Shown here piece by piece: positions 25,301 through 37,100 of a DNA stretch of 64,000 nt; position 1 is the first letter of the stretch, and every line of letters starts with the position of its first letter. Source of the DNA: Oculina patagonica (taxonomy: Eukaryota); contig NC_135769.1 in the NCBI RefSeq assembly GCF_052425735.1, forward strand, positions 24,862,001-24,926,000. Direction: 5' to 3'. The position numbers and the translations under genes were made by a program. The notes below the pieces were generated by a model that had not been told where the DNA came from, did not search any database, and saw only the letters and a program-made list of their open reading frames with translations.

Positions 25301-28300
25301 CTGAAATTGGCGAACTTTTAAGAATATCTTAAGAATAAACCCGAGGCTGAGATTTTGAAACGAATATAGTTTTTAGTTGAAGATTTGTAAATACAATACA
25401 ATTAAATGTTTTTAGTTGAAACAAAATCAGGTATTTTCATTTCCGTCACTTTATCTTTGCGAGGAATGCTTTACTTAAAGCCAAAACGATCAGGCTGCAA
25501 CCAAAAGCAATGGTACATGTGCACAATATAACACGAAACAATTCTGGACACCAAAAACTTGTAATTGATTACCCAATACTTGCTAAAACGGAAATGTCAA
25601 ACGATATTTTCTAAGAATGTTTATAAGAATATTTCAGCCTAAAATCGGCAGAAAAATAAGAATATTCAGCCTGGGTCGGAAAAACTGTATTCTTATAAAA
25701 AAAAAAAAAGAGTGTACTCTTTCAAACCAAAGACTCGTAAAATTTTCACTGGAACTTTTTGGACTTGATCTGAAATCCACACACGTTACAGAGCGAACAC
25801 AAAATTCGGATACTCTACGGCCCTGCCATTTTGTCCAAAAATCGCTTGTAACGTGTAACATAACAGCGGAGCCTTAGCCCGAGTTAATCCAGTAAAGTCT
25901 TCTAAAACCAAATTTAGGACTGATAGAAAAAGAGAAATTTGTAACAAAAGTTGAAATAGTATCGAGTTGTTGTCTGCTGCTGTCATTGCAACGTACATGC
26001 CGATTTTCGAGTTTCCTTGCTGCTGGAAGATCGGTAGCCTGCGTGCAAACATCTCCTATACCTTCTATAGAACAATCTCCGCACAGGGCTACGACTTGCG
26101 CAAACGGTCCACGACGTGCGCAAAGGACCTATAAGGAGCGCAAAAGGTTTGCAACGCACACAGAGAGACTGCAACGCACGCAAAGGGTCTACAATACTGA
26201 TAAAAAGGTAAGAAGTGTCTACAAATTGCAAAGTTTCTACAACGTCGGTGAAGCGTCTACAATGCGCAGAGTCTACAAGCGCCAAACGTGCGTTCAGCAA
26301 TCGGGATCTCATCCAGAGAGTAATAAATGATGATGATGACGACGACGACGACGCTAATGATGATGATGAATTTCTGCAGCACCTTTTCTTAGCGATCCAA
26401 AGGCGCTTATAGAAACCAGAGGGTAGTAGAAGTAGGGCTAGAGAGCAGAGGGACTAATTAAAGTAGAGGGTAGAGAGTAGGGACTATCCCAAACGCCAGA
26501 TAATTTCCTACTGGGGATTTTTTGTTGATAGAGCGTAACCTAAATAAATAGGCGCTTTCCTCGCAGGATCCCAGAAAGAGGTCTAAAGGCTTAATCTAGC
26601 TGGAAAAAAAATCCATATTAGTGATGTACTGCATTAGGTTCTTTCCTAATATTAGACTAAAATAACTGAAAACAATTGAAGTTAAATACCTCACAAAGGG
26701 TAATAAACTTTTCATAAAATATCCTTCCCTGGTCTTTTGAGATATTAGAATGATACTGTACACTTTTCCCTTTCATCTTTCCACCAAGAGTTGCCTGGTA
26801 AAACAGAAACAAATTTTCCTGCTACAGTTAATCCATTTATTTCTAGTAGGCTTAACAGGGTCAACTCCCCCTGGTTTAATTAAGAAGGGAGGTGGGGGTG
26901 GGGGATGGGTGTGGCCTGTGTATAGCCGTGTGAGGGGAGTGGGATGGCTGTACACAGGCTATGATAAGGGTTGTACTCCCATTTTTTGTTTGTGTGGGAG
27001 TGAAATTAACGGGATCTTCAATCAATCAATGGTAAACCGCACAATCCATAATACCTTTTGGCATTGTCACATAATATGCTTTGACATTTCTGTAGGACAA
27101 CCTTTCTTGCAACAGTTTATAAAAGGACCATTTTTCCTAGTACAGTGGAACCCCGATATAAGGATATGCCAAGGGAGCAGTAAAACTATATCGTTATATC
27201 GGGGTATTGTTATATCGAAACTCCCGATATAACAATATGGCCGTAAAATAACCGAAAATATCGTTATATCGGGGTCAAGCTAACATGTACTTCAATGTAC
27301 TTCTTTACTGGATAATGAGGCTTAAAACACAGTATCAAAATTGAATATCATCATACAAAGCTGTTGTCAAAAACGTTAGAGATTACTCGATAACAGTAAA
27401 GTTATTGTATTAAATTCAGGGTTTTGCTTAAATTTTGACTGTGTTCTGTTAATATCGTTATATCGGGGAAGATTTTACGTTCGGTTCGCTAACTTCTCAT
27501 CGTTATATCGGGAATATCGTTATGTTGAAGATCGTTATATCGGGGTTCTACTGTACTTACCCTTGAGAATGCAATACTTAAAAAAAGAGAATATACGCTT
27601 CTTTCTTATTTCCTTATCTTGGAATTTAAAAATAACTTATAATTATGCTATGATTTCATGGTTTAGGGCTGATCTTTTATTCACATGAAAAGTCCAGTCC
27701 AGTAAATTTTCAACATCATTGACTTACCTGTGGAACAATAAGAACATCACCAGGTAACTCCAGAACAGACACATTGGTTGGTCTGACTGTGATCTCACTT
27801 AATCGCACATTCAGAATTGATTTAACTGGAAAGAAAAAAACAATAACAAAAAAAAAAAAAATGAAAGACAAAAGACCTGACAAAACTCATTCATTTAAAT
27901 AACCTATCAAAAAGAATACAGGTGAATAAATTTTAAATAAATTATAATGCTTTAAAAAAGCATAAGATGTTCTACTGAACAAATTTACGGCCAAGTGGCC
28001 CATGCGGCTGAAGAAATATACTGTCAAAGGTGTTAATAGGATGCATCATGTTGTCATATGCTATCGGAATCCTCCATCCCATTATAATCGCAGCCAGGTT
28101 TGCCCGGCAATTTGCAAGTATCCAATCCGTACAATCTCCCCAGAGATAATTACAAAATTTTCCCTAACTCATCACAAGGCGTACAAAATGATTTGGAGCT
28201 TACCAAGCTTACGGTACCTTATCCCAAACTTACCAACTTTTGGTACAAGATCCAAGTTTGAGCCCTTGAGAAAACAAAGGTAAATAACAATCCCCCTGGA

Positions 28301-28635
28301 AATCTGAAAAGTACAGAGGGTTTAGGTCAATTAAACCACTCATGCTAGTTCTGTTTCTATTGTTGTAGAAACACCACTTTTAGACTGACTTTCTTAAAAG
28401 ACATTTGACCACAATTTTTCTAAACATCGGTGTTTCAACAGCAACTATAAGGGCAGTCAACCCTCTGTCCTTAATGCCTAATGGTGGGGTACCTGTGTTT
28501 CCCCAGGCTACCCACCTCAACCAACTGTGCATCCTCATTTTCAGTTGGTGGTTGGACCTGAAGTCTGGCAGACAGACACTGCTGAATAATTATCCTCACT
28601 GATGGAGAGCCATTATTAGGACTTGCTGCGGCCAT
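19385..28635 (-). CDS. DTD2: D-aminoacyl-tRNA deacylase 2 / Animalia-specific tRNA deacylase (ATD), 6 coding exons, about 175 aa
   Basis: Exons 28635-28516, 28303-28234, 27825-27728, 26794-26690, 20144-20081, 19455-19385, all GT-AG with matching phases (0,1,0,0,1). Translation: [30 protein letters not shown]...[14 protein letters not shown]...[11 protein letters not shown]...[27 protein letters not shown]...[24 protein letters not shown]. Contains the ATD signatures PQATL and TNGPFTH. Confidence 0.93.
20220..20616. mobile_element. PIF/Harbinger-type MITE (TAA TSD), absent from the duplicate unit
   Basis: aggcggtgttgcacgggacaacttg / caagttgtcctgtgtaatgacaccgcct. Confidence 0.75.
21926..23248 (-). 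CDS. Intronless BTB-BACK-PHR protein, copy B, 440 aa, nested in DTD2 intron 4
   Basis: Same domain motifs as copy A; lies between DTD2 exons at 26690 and 20144 on the same strand. Confidence 0.93.
   Translation of the reverse strand: MMAAVEENWQTKRSTVVERTTFIFNNELLSDVKFVVPVSTGESESKKVIPAHKFVLAISSPVFFAMFYGQMAETTNSIELPDCDYESLLELFRFFYSDQVNLSGNNVMQVLYLANKYMVPSLAGRCSEYLRSNLKASNVFCILPHAQKFEDKDLEDQCWEVIEKQTEEAVTSDEFVTLKRSLVESVVKREGLNVKEVELFKAVDRWATKESERQRITPSGGAKRRILGEEIVKAIRFPLMSEKEFVSPVFDSYILTLEEVGDMMKHYNGVLTSPLPFLQAPRFGSARYRCHRFKYLFPPSDRWNYSGNNDCINFTVDKPIKLLGVQHFGSQGREYNVSTEIKDATCGSSLVKQSGSYASVKDQIYFYYGFNVQFIRPVCLEKNKEYKLISLITGPRSWYGTEGQKTVESQGVRFTFRTSEGTANGTGETTGQFPALFFIG
24768..25254. mobile_element. 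Tc1/mariner-pogo-type MITE (TA TSD)
   Basis: ccgtaaatgatctaataaacgccc / gggcgtttattagatcatttacgg. Confidence 0.85.
25257..25714. mobile_element. Tc1/mariner-type MITE sharing a TA with the preceding element
   Basis: cactctttt...ataagaat / attcttat...aaaagagtg. Confidence 0.8.
27143..27553. mobile_element. Tc1/pogo-type MITE
   Basis: ta|cagtggaaccccgatataa...ttatatcggggttctactg|ta. Confidence 0.85.
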
Positions 28636-29337
28636 ACCTTTAAATAAACAAAGAATGCTTAGCAAAATGTTGTGTACCATCTAGACTATGACATTCCAAG
28701 TCTAAAGAAACTGTGTGCAAAATATTAGCCATCATTTGGCATAGAGGCTTGGGGCATGTGACAAAGTTTTACAAGAAAAGGCCCAGCTGCTCCATTTTCG
28801 TCCCCATGCATAGCCCTTTTTGTTTTTCTAAGCTGGTAGCCGGGGCCTTGGCACAAGGTACTCTCATAAACTTTGGATAGGGATGTGCCGCCAAGGTTCT
28901 TAAACCCTGACCCTATTTAAGGATAAAGAAACCGAAAAATGACACCCTATTCAAGGGGAGGAGAGGCGTTCCGTGACGACCCAAATAACGGCTAACCGCG
29001 CACGGCAAGACACAAATTCTTTATAAAATCGCTTTACTTATACCTTAACAGAAAATTTAGTTTTAAGATACCTTTTTTTCATTTAGCTGGGTGTTAATTT
29101 TAGCTGATAGAATTAAGGTACCCTATCTAAGGATCACACCGGGAACACATTGCCAAAGGGAGCAAAAATGATACCCTATTTAACGACCGAGAACCTCAAA
29201 AACCATACCCTATCGGGCGGCACATACCTATATAGACCACATATGGGAGTACCCCCCCCCACCCCCCCGGGAGCATGGTCCTGCCTGAGAGGTTCAACCC
29301 CTTACCCTTTTATGTACCACCTTTGCTGCAGTTGGGG

Positions 29338-30117
29338 TAACCTGCGATCAGGCGTTCTTTTTTCTTTTTACGAAAGCGAGAGGGAAAAAAGAACGCCTGA
29401 TACATTTATTTAACCAGCCGCCAGCCGCCCCCTAATTTAAATAAACTAATGTGTCGTCAAACTGTCAAACCACTCTTTGTGGTTGGCGGCAAATTCGAGA
29501 CTTGGATTTCCACAAGGCGTGAAAAACGTCTGGAGAAAAATTGTACATATGTACAGCCTGTATTTAAACTTCGCCGTGTTGAGATAAAAATGCTTTTAGT
29601 AGCAAGGTGAGATGGCGCTTGCGAACATATATTTATCAGTTGTACCAGGGGTTGTACTGGATGCCGTCCCTTTATTTCATCTTACACACACAAAAAAAGG
29701 AATTCACTGACAAGAGCTGTTTTACGGCAGATAGGATCGGTCGCTTTTGTAAACATTCCAACATCTCTGGAATATTGTTTTCGAAGAACAACAAAAACAT
29801 CTTCACGGAAACAAAACTATTATGCATTGTCGCTCACTCTATTTGTTCTGCCTTCAGAGAGTCAGCTATTAAACGTAGAAAAGAACTCGTCCTCGCAGTA
29901 AACGTGACTTGTCTTTGCCATTACCAGCTTCTGACCGGAAGTCTCGTTGAAATACGACAACCAATCAGTCCACACCGCTTCATTGAGTATTGTTTCTCGA
30001 CCAATCAGACAAAAAACCAGAATCTGTTTTTTTTTTACATGACTTTCGACAAGCAAATGTATCATGCCCTCCTTTCCCCGCAGCAGTAGTAGGGAGGGAG
30101 GGTATGATTTCAGGTTA
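29338..30117 (-). mobile_element. AcademH-type element with RecQ-like helicase remnant
   Basis: taacctg...caggtta, TSD cagttgggg; broken LKAEQIE...EDVFVVL at about 29780-29860 on the minus strand. Confidence 0.7.
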
Positions 30118-30247
30118 CAGTTGGGGTTGAAGTCACTACACAAAATACAACATAAAATGCCAATGGCTATGAAATGTGTATAGAGGAAAAAACATACTGC
30201 ACTGCAATAAAGAAAAAGATAGACACTTGGAGGGAGAAATAACCTAC

Positions 30248-30717
30248 TCATATGATGCAATTGTGTCGGCTGATCACGTAATGGTGTACATGTAGCTGGC
30301 GAAGATGGAGGGCAGGTTGACTGATCAACAGGATCCCTAGCAATAAAATACAAGCCAAACTTACTTAAATCCGTTATGGACGTAAATAAGCTTTCTGGTA
30401 TTGTAGAATATACCGGTAAACTTAAGCTTATATCATAAATGAAAAGACCTTCAAAGTAAACCTTACCTAAAGCGATTCTGTTCTTGTGCATGCGCATAGA
30501 AGTCCATAAGAAACTCCGCAAGATCTTTGTCCTTTGGGAGACACAAGTGGTCTCTCAATTCACGCCAGCGGGGAAAACAATCCAATAAAGTTATCCTTGA
30601 AGAATCCCTTCGCGCATATGAAGTTTTTCTCCGGTTTGCTTTTTCTTCGTTTGACAAAAAGCGCGGCTTTTCAGCTTTGGCGGACAGCCCCGCGCCGTGC
30701 ACAGAAGCGTCCGCCAT
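30248..30717 (-). CDS. Two upstream exons encoding a ZNF653/ZNF692 N-terminal-like domain; probable 5' exons of the DTD2 transcript
   Basis: Strong start context aaaATGGCGG at 30717. Exon 30717-30467 ends AG|gtaagg; exon 30336-30248 follows ctag|. Peptide RRDSSRITLLDCFPRWRELRDHLCLPKDKDLAEFLMDFY resembles the ZNF692/ZNF653 N-terminus (recognised from memory). Confidence 0.55.
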
Positions 30718-31178
30718 TTTGTTTGTGTGAAATCAACATTCCTCGCATTCCATCAGGTGAGGCTCACAAACATTGGGGACTGAGATCGAGACTGCGCCGT
30801 ACGGACTGGAAATCATCTTTTTAAAAGCACACTTGAAGAATAAATAGGCTTGTTAAAAATAATTTTATATAAAAGAAAAAGATAGCAATGTACTAAAATA
30901 TTACAAATTTAAAAGCACCTTTGCACCTTCTCTTTGCAATCACTGTGATGGGAAACTTTTTTGAATGACCATAAATAAAGAAGTAGATTCTTTTGAAAGA
31001 AAGTAACATCTCCACAAACTTCCACAAACTACATTTTTTGTCTTTATGGGATAACCACGCGGTCTTTTATTATTTGCCGACAATCCGCGCGTTTTCTAAA
31101 GACTGGGTACGAAACGACACATTACCCACAAACCATTTCGGGAGGTTTCAGCTGTCCTTTGGGAAAGCTCCTGGCAGT
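30718..31178. promoter_or_regulatory. Putative bidirectional promoter (MED7 / upstream DTD2 exons)
   Basis: Two divergent ATGs about 460 bp apart; YY1-like aaaATGGCGG at the minus-strand start. Confidence 0.5.
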
Positions 31179-34100
31179 ATGGCCGCCGAAGGAGTTTGTC
31201 CATTTCCCTTGCCTCCAAGTCAATACTATAAGGTATATACGGACGAAAATGTAGAAAAGCAAATAGCTCCTGATCCACCACCTCCGTTTGATGGCGCTTA
31301 TTCGATGTTTGGGGCTACGTTTGAGGTACGGTTTTGTTATAAACATTGATTGTTAACTTCATAAAATCGTTCAAAATTTTGCAGGTTTGCGATCTTATCA
31401 GAAGAAGTTTATAAAAACATCACGCAGACAATGCACAGTGTAGTAAAGTTTTGTTCCGTATTATTCTTGTTCTAGACCGACGAATCTATCATCAGACCTT
31501 TAGAACTCCAGGGTATTACTAGACTATATACAACTCAAGGCAGATTTGGTAAGGCTTATCTGTAGAAATTTAAATTACCAGATCTATAATTTTAAGACAG
31601 AGAGAAAACCATATTGACAGGGGCGGATCCAGGATTATTAAAAGGGGGGTGGCTGTTTTCGATTATTTTTGTTAACTATATTGTTCAAGCCCCAGTTTTT
31701 TTTATGGGGGGGAGAGGGTTTCAGGCTTTTAGGCAATTTTTTTGAAAGAAGAAGTGTAAATTATTTTGGGTCTGAGGCCCATATTTCATGTAGCCGTAGG
31801 CTGCATCCCCCTAGGGGGGTCTGGGGGCATGCCCCCTCAGAAAATTTTGAAAAGTTGAAGCCTCTGAGACGTGATTTCCGCGATTCTGAAAAGCTTTATA
31901 CAGCTGTCAATTAAGTTATTAAACCACTGTTTTTCCTTAAAATTTTAGCAAAATATTCTTTCCTCAACTTACCTTGGGTTATATTTCAGAGAAAAAAGAC
32001 TGGTTCTCAGTTATAAAAATGAACTGTGATTGAAATTTAAAGTTAACAGGGCACGAACTTATAGGAAAGAACAGATATGCGGGTTTTTTTGCTCACCCAC
32101 ATGCGTGGAAATTTTTAGCCCTTGGCAAAGTGGCCTGGGAACAACTTTGGCGACTTTGCTTGCTTGTGAAATCGCTTTGATGCGAAAAACGGTAAGAAAA
32201 CTCGCTAAAAAAGATGTAAAAGGAGAAGAAAATCATTCCAGCAAGGCTAAAACAACTCTTGAAAACTAAAAGGATTCTAAATTTTTAAAATTATACACAC
32301 ATGTTTTGCTTCATTAAGCCAGAAGTTCGTAAAACAGGCTGTCGAAAATCTCCTATTTTGGAAAAATGGTCGTCCTTAACTTTGAACGGTCGCCTGACTA
32401 TGAAAGGTGGATGGAAATTGTCCTTATTATTTTTCTATTTTAAAAGTTTGTTTTCATTTTTCTGGTGGATCAAGGGGGGTGGCTAGCCACCCAATCCACC
32501 CCCCTGGATCCGCCCCTGATTGAAGCAAAAAAAAAAAAAACTGTCTGTTCAGTAATTTTTAAATAGGTCTGGGAAGAGAGCAATTTGCCCTGTATTGATA
32601 TAAGTTTAAGCTGTAGACCTTTTTGTGGTAAAATCCACCATATTGACAAAATTGGGTTCCATGAAGCAGGAGTCTGATTTGTTAATCAGTACAGTCAACT
32701 CTCTCTAAGACGGACACCTTTGGGACTGGTCTGAACTGTCCATCTTAGAAAGGGTGTCCAGCTAGTAGAGAGTGGAGGTAACGTGACACCAGTAATTCCA
32801 AAATAATAAAGCTGAACAGCCATGCACAGTAAATACACGCCTGTTTTAAGTGTGTTTAAAGTCGCTTACTTCAACGAAACCTACAAACTGGAATAAAGAA
32901 TATGCTTTTCAGAAGTGTGCAGTACATACAGTGTATATGTGGTAAACCGTGAAATGTCTCTATGTAGTCGTTTGTTCAAGCAAACTTTCATGGCTTCTAG
33001 TCTAAAACCTTAACTGACTGTGCACACTTGATAAAATAGAACAAAACAAAAATTAATAAAAGATAAAAAGACCGAATTTGCTTGTTGAAGCAAAAGTTGA
33101 GATCTTCTACAAGCAATTTTATTGTAGCACTGTAAGTAGACAGCGACTTCCTTAGTGCCCCGGCAAACACTTCTGCAGAGAAGTGATCCGTTATAGCGGA
33201 TTGTTTTGGGTGAGTAAGAATGGTATGCTTAGAGCGCTGACTGACCAATTTTGTAACTTTGCATTATGTTGATACGAAACTTATTATCGACGAAAAGAAA
33301 TACTTCTCAACTGTTTGTTGATGGTTTCAATCTGTCCGTCTTAGAGAGGTGTCCATCTTAAAGGGAGTTTGGTTACAGTAAAATGACTGAAAAATGGCAG
33401 AGACCAACACCATGTGTCCGTCTTATAGAGGTATCCGAGAGTTGACTGTAGTATACCGGTAATTAGATGGTGCAAAGTCCTAATTGGAACTGATAGTAAC
33501 TGTTAATAAATGTGAGGAGTAGTAATAATTTGTAAACTTTTTAGGTGAATAAGAAAACTTGATATTGTTTGTGATCCACAAGAATATAAAGTACATGAAA
33601 AACAGAATAAAAAGTAACTAAATTAATGGTAGGCAAAACTACTCAGAAAAGTAAAAACTAAACAAGCTTAGTAGTTACAAAAATTAACATTCTTTATCTG
33701 GGTGGTACATGTTAGACACTGAAGGACAAAAAAAAAACAGAAAACAAGACAAACAACTAGTTAAAAAATAAATAAATGGATAAATAAATAAACAAGTGAA
33801 AAACTAGCAATATTTACCAATGTTTCGGTGTCTTGACGACGCCATTGTCAAGGTAAGTGTCTAAAGATTAAATAAGTTCTGCGAGTTCAATAAGATGATA
33901 TGTTACGCTAAATTTACATGATAAGTTACTAATGTGAGGTTAAATTACTTTGTCAGTCAATATCGCTAGTTTTTGCTTGTCCGTGTATAACAAAATCATT
34001 ATTACTACATAAATAAATAAATAAATAGTTTTATTATTATTAATAGTTAATAACCTGTAGTACCTATCATGATAATAATCATTGCGTTAAGATGATATAC

Positions 34101-37100
34101 CAGTACTTGAGAAAAAGTTGTCAAAGGCCATTGGCAGTAAATTTCGACGATATTTAAATATTAAAAAGGCAGGTGTAACTGTCGTATTCCTTAGACTGCC
34201 AGTTATTGTTCAGATTTGATCAGCTGGTAGCCAAACAAATTTGAAAAATTCGAAAAATTAAAGGAAAAGAGCAGCATAACATCTGGTCTTTATCACTCTA
34301 AAATTGATTACCAATCTTAGAGCAATAAGGATCAGACGTTGTACAAATCTAAACAATAGCTGCATTGTATCATGGATGTTGTTTGAAGCAATAGTTAGTG
34401 TTCAATACAGACCCACCGAATAGGTAGTACTTAAGATATTTTTAGTCATAGTTTGTTTAAATTTTAACACAACTTGAAAGAAAAAATAAATAAAAAATAA
34501 GTAAAATAGAATTACCACAGAAGTGCAAAGTAAATTTACCATAGTTAGTTCTAACATGATAGAATAAGTCGATAATAAGTTGATTTTGATGCTAGCGTAG
34601 CCTGTAGTATTACAGTCGAAGCTCTCTTAACGGACACTCTCGTAAGCGGACAGCTCTACTTACGGCCGCCTTGTTGGAAACCCCGTTTTAATTCCCATAC
34701 AAACTCTGTATTTTTACATTCTCGTAAGCGGACATTCCCGTAAGCGGCCGCGGACACTTTCAGAGATTACTACTTAGACTTTTTTCTTTGTTTTTAAGCT
34801 CCCGACCCATAGAAAATCCTATCTACAACCTCTTTATCTTATTTTTATCAATGAACTTTACATCGCCGTTCGTCAATGATTTTACAGTAATTACAGAACC
34901 ATATTTCAGTGTTTGTTTTATCGTCATCTACGTCCGTCCGGTTATTGTTAGCTGGGCAAGCTCCCGTAAGCGGACATCTATCCCCTACACCTCTAGTGGC
35001 CGCTTACGAGAACCATTCTCGTAAGCGACCAGCTCCAGTTACGGACTTTTTTTCTGCGTACCGAGGGTGTCCGCTTACGAGAGCTTCGACTGTATTATCA
35101 AATTTGAAAAATGCTAGAAAAATTAAAGGTAAAAATGCAGCATAACATCTGGTCTTTATCACTCTAAAATTGATTACTAATCTTAGAGCAATAAGGATCA
35201 GATGTCATACAAATCTAAACATGTATGGATGTTGTTAAAGTGCTAAAAAAATAAAAAAATATAAAACATTCAACTTGAATATTCATTCAATCTCTTAAGT
35301 TCCTGTGGAACATAGGTCATCCACCAGAGATCTCCATCTTCTCTTGTCCTTGGCCTCTTTTTCCAGTTGGTTCCAACTCATTCCAGTCTGTTGTACTTCA
35401 GCCTCAGTTGATCCTCTCCATGTTGTTTTAGGCCTTCCTTGGTTCCTTTTGCCCTGAGGTGTCCATCGAAGGGCTTATACATTATAGATGTATAATTTTA
35501 TATACTGATGGTATGTTATTTTATTGTACTCAATCTTAAAGCCACTGTTTGAATTCAACATTTTTTCTTCAGATCGCATAAAAGAACTCAAGAAATTAAA
35601 TCATTCCATTTTTATTAACTTCTTGGAGCTGCTGGATATTCTTATCAAATCACCTTCATCAACCAAGGTACAGTAGTCTCTAGTGACAAAAAAAAAGAAA
35701 GAAAAAAGCTAAATGGGGCAGAGACCATATTTTTCTTGCCCTAGCCTGGCATGTTGGCCTGTTAAACTGGTCAGTGCATATTTGGATGTTTAAATTCAAG
35801 CTAGTCCCCCTATGTGTCCTTGAGAAAACACTCCGACAGCACTTCTCTAGATCTCCACCCCAGTGTGTTAAGGACATGTTACGGGAGATGGACGCATTTC
35901 CTAGTATGCTTACTGTAGGAACACACTTGAGGCAGACTTGCGTTGCGTTCTAGCAATTATGATCTAAGAGGCTATTGTAAGCTTAATCAGCCTACCTTTA
36001 AATCAAAGTTTTTGCATAAATCTTATCGCTACATAACTTCACGTTTATGGAACAACCTACCTGACAATATAAGAGGAGCGTCCTCTCTTAGAATTTTTAA
36101 AAAATTACTGAACAATATTAACCTGACCACCGAGGCCAACTGTTCCTGTAATCTTTGTATCGATTAGTTTTTTTTTAAATTTTTATAGTCTAGTTTTTCA
36201 ATTTTAAATTTTATAGTCTAATTTTTGTATTTTTATTGAATAGATAATCATATTTAAATTTTTTTTACATTGTAATTTTTAGAATACACATTCACTTTTA
36301 AAAGAGCTCCTGGCTCATTGGTGACATGTGTCTAAATAAAGTACCTACCTACCTACCTACCTACCTACCCCCTTGCAAATTTTAACAATTATTATTAGAG
36401 TGTGCCCTCATAAATTAATTATAACAAAAATAGTATGATGCAGTGATGAATACATCTTACAAGTAGTGCATAAAAAGCTTCAAGATTTTATTAACCTTGC
36501 TAATGACATGGTGTTTTTCTTTTTCATTTTTAGAGAGAAGAAAAACTTGAAGACTTGAATTTGTTATTTATTAATATCCATCATTTAATCAATGAACTCA
36601 GACCCCATCAGGTAAATTTTGTTTAAATTGTTTATTTTTATTGATTGAGATTAATTTTATGATTCAATAAAAATTTTAGTTTGAAAAATTTTGCTGCAGG
36701 TTACCATTTTACAGCTGCATAAAATTGCCATTCTGCTTCACAGAGTGTGCCCAATGCCTGACTTTGCCGGTTCTTTTTACTAGCATTCAAGGTTGCTCTT
36801 AGCAGTCATGTTCGAATGTTTCTGTCTCCAAATTATCATTGTTGTTGCTGCTTCTTGCTTAAGCCTTTGATTGATTTTCTGTTGTTTTTATATGTCGATT
36901 TTTAATTAGGGTTTTAGTAGATTTTAAATTAGATTATTGTTTACAGTAGATTTTTAGGGCCACAAATTTATTAGTTGAAAAACTATTATATGTCACCCTC
37001 AATAAATAAAGTTTGATTGATCTGTTTATTGATTGATTTCCTAGACCAATCAAAGAGCTAATAACCTGGCTATCTTGGTCTTGATTGGTCAAGCAACCAT

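Noticed and set aside
25983-26412. Overlapping 65-114 aa ORFs
   Set aside because: Low-complexity repeats, a MITE and a (GAT)n tail with no recognisable domain.
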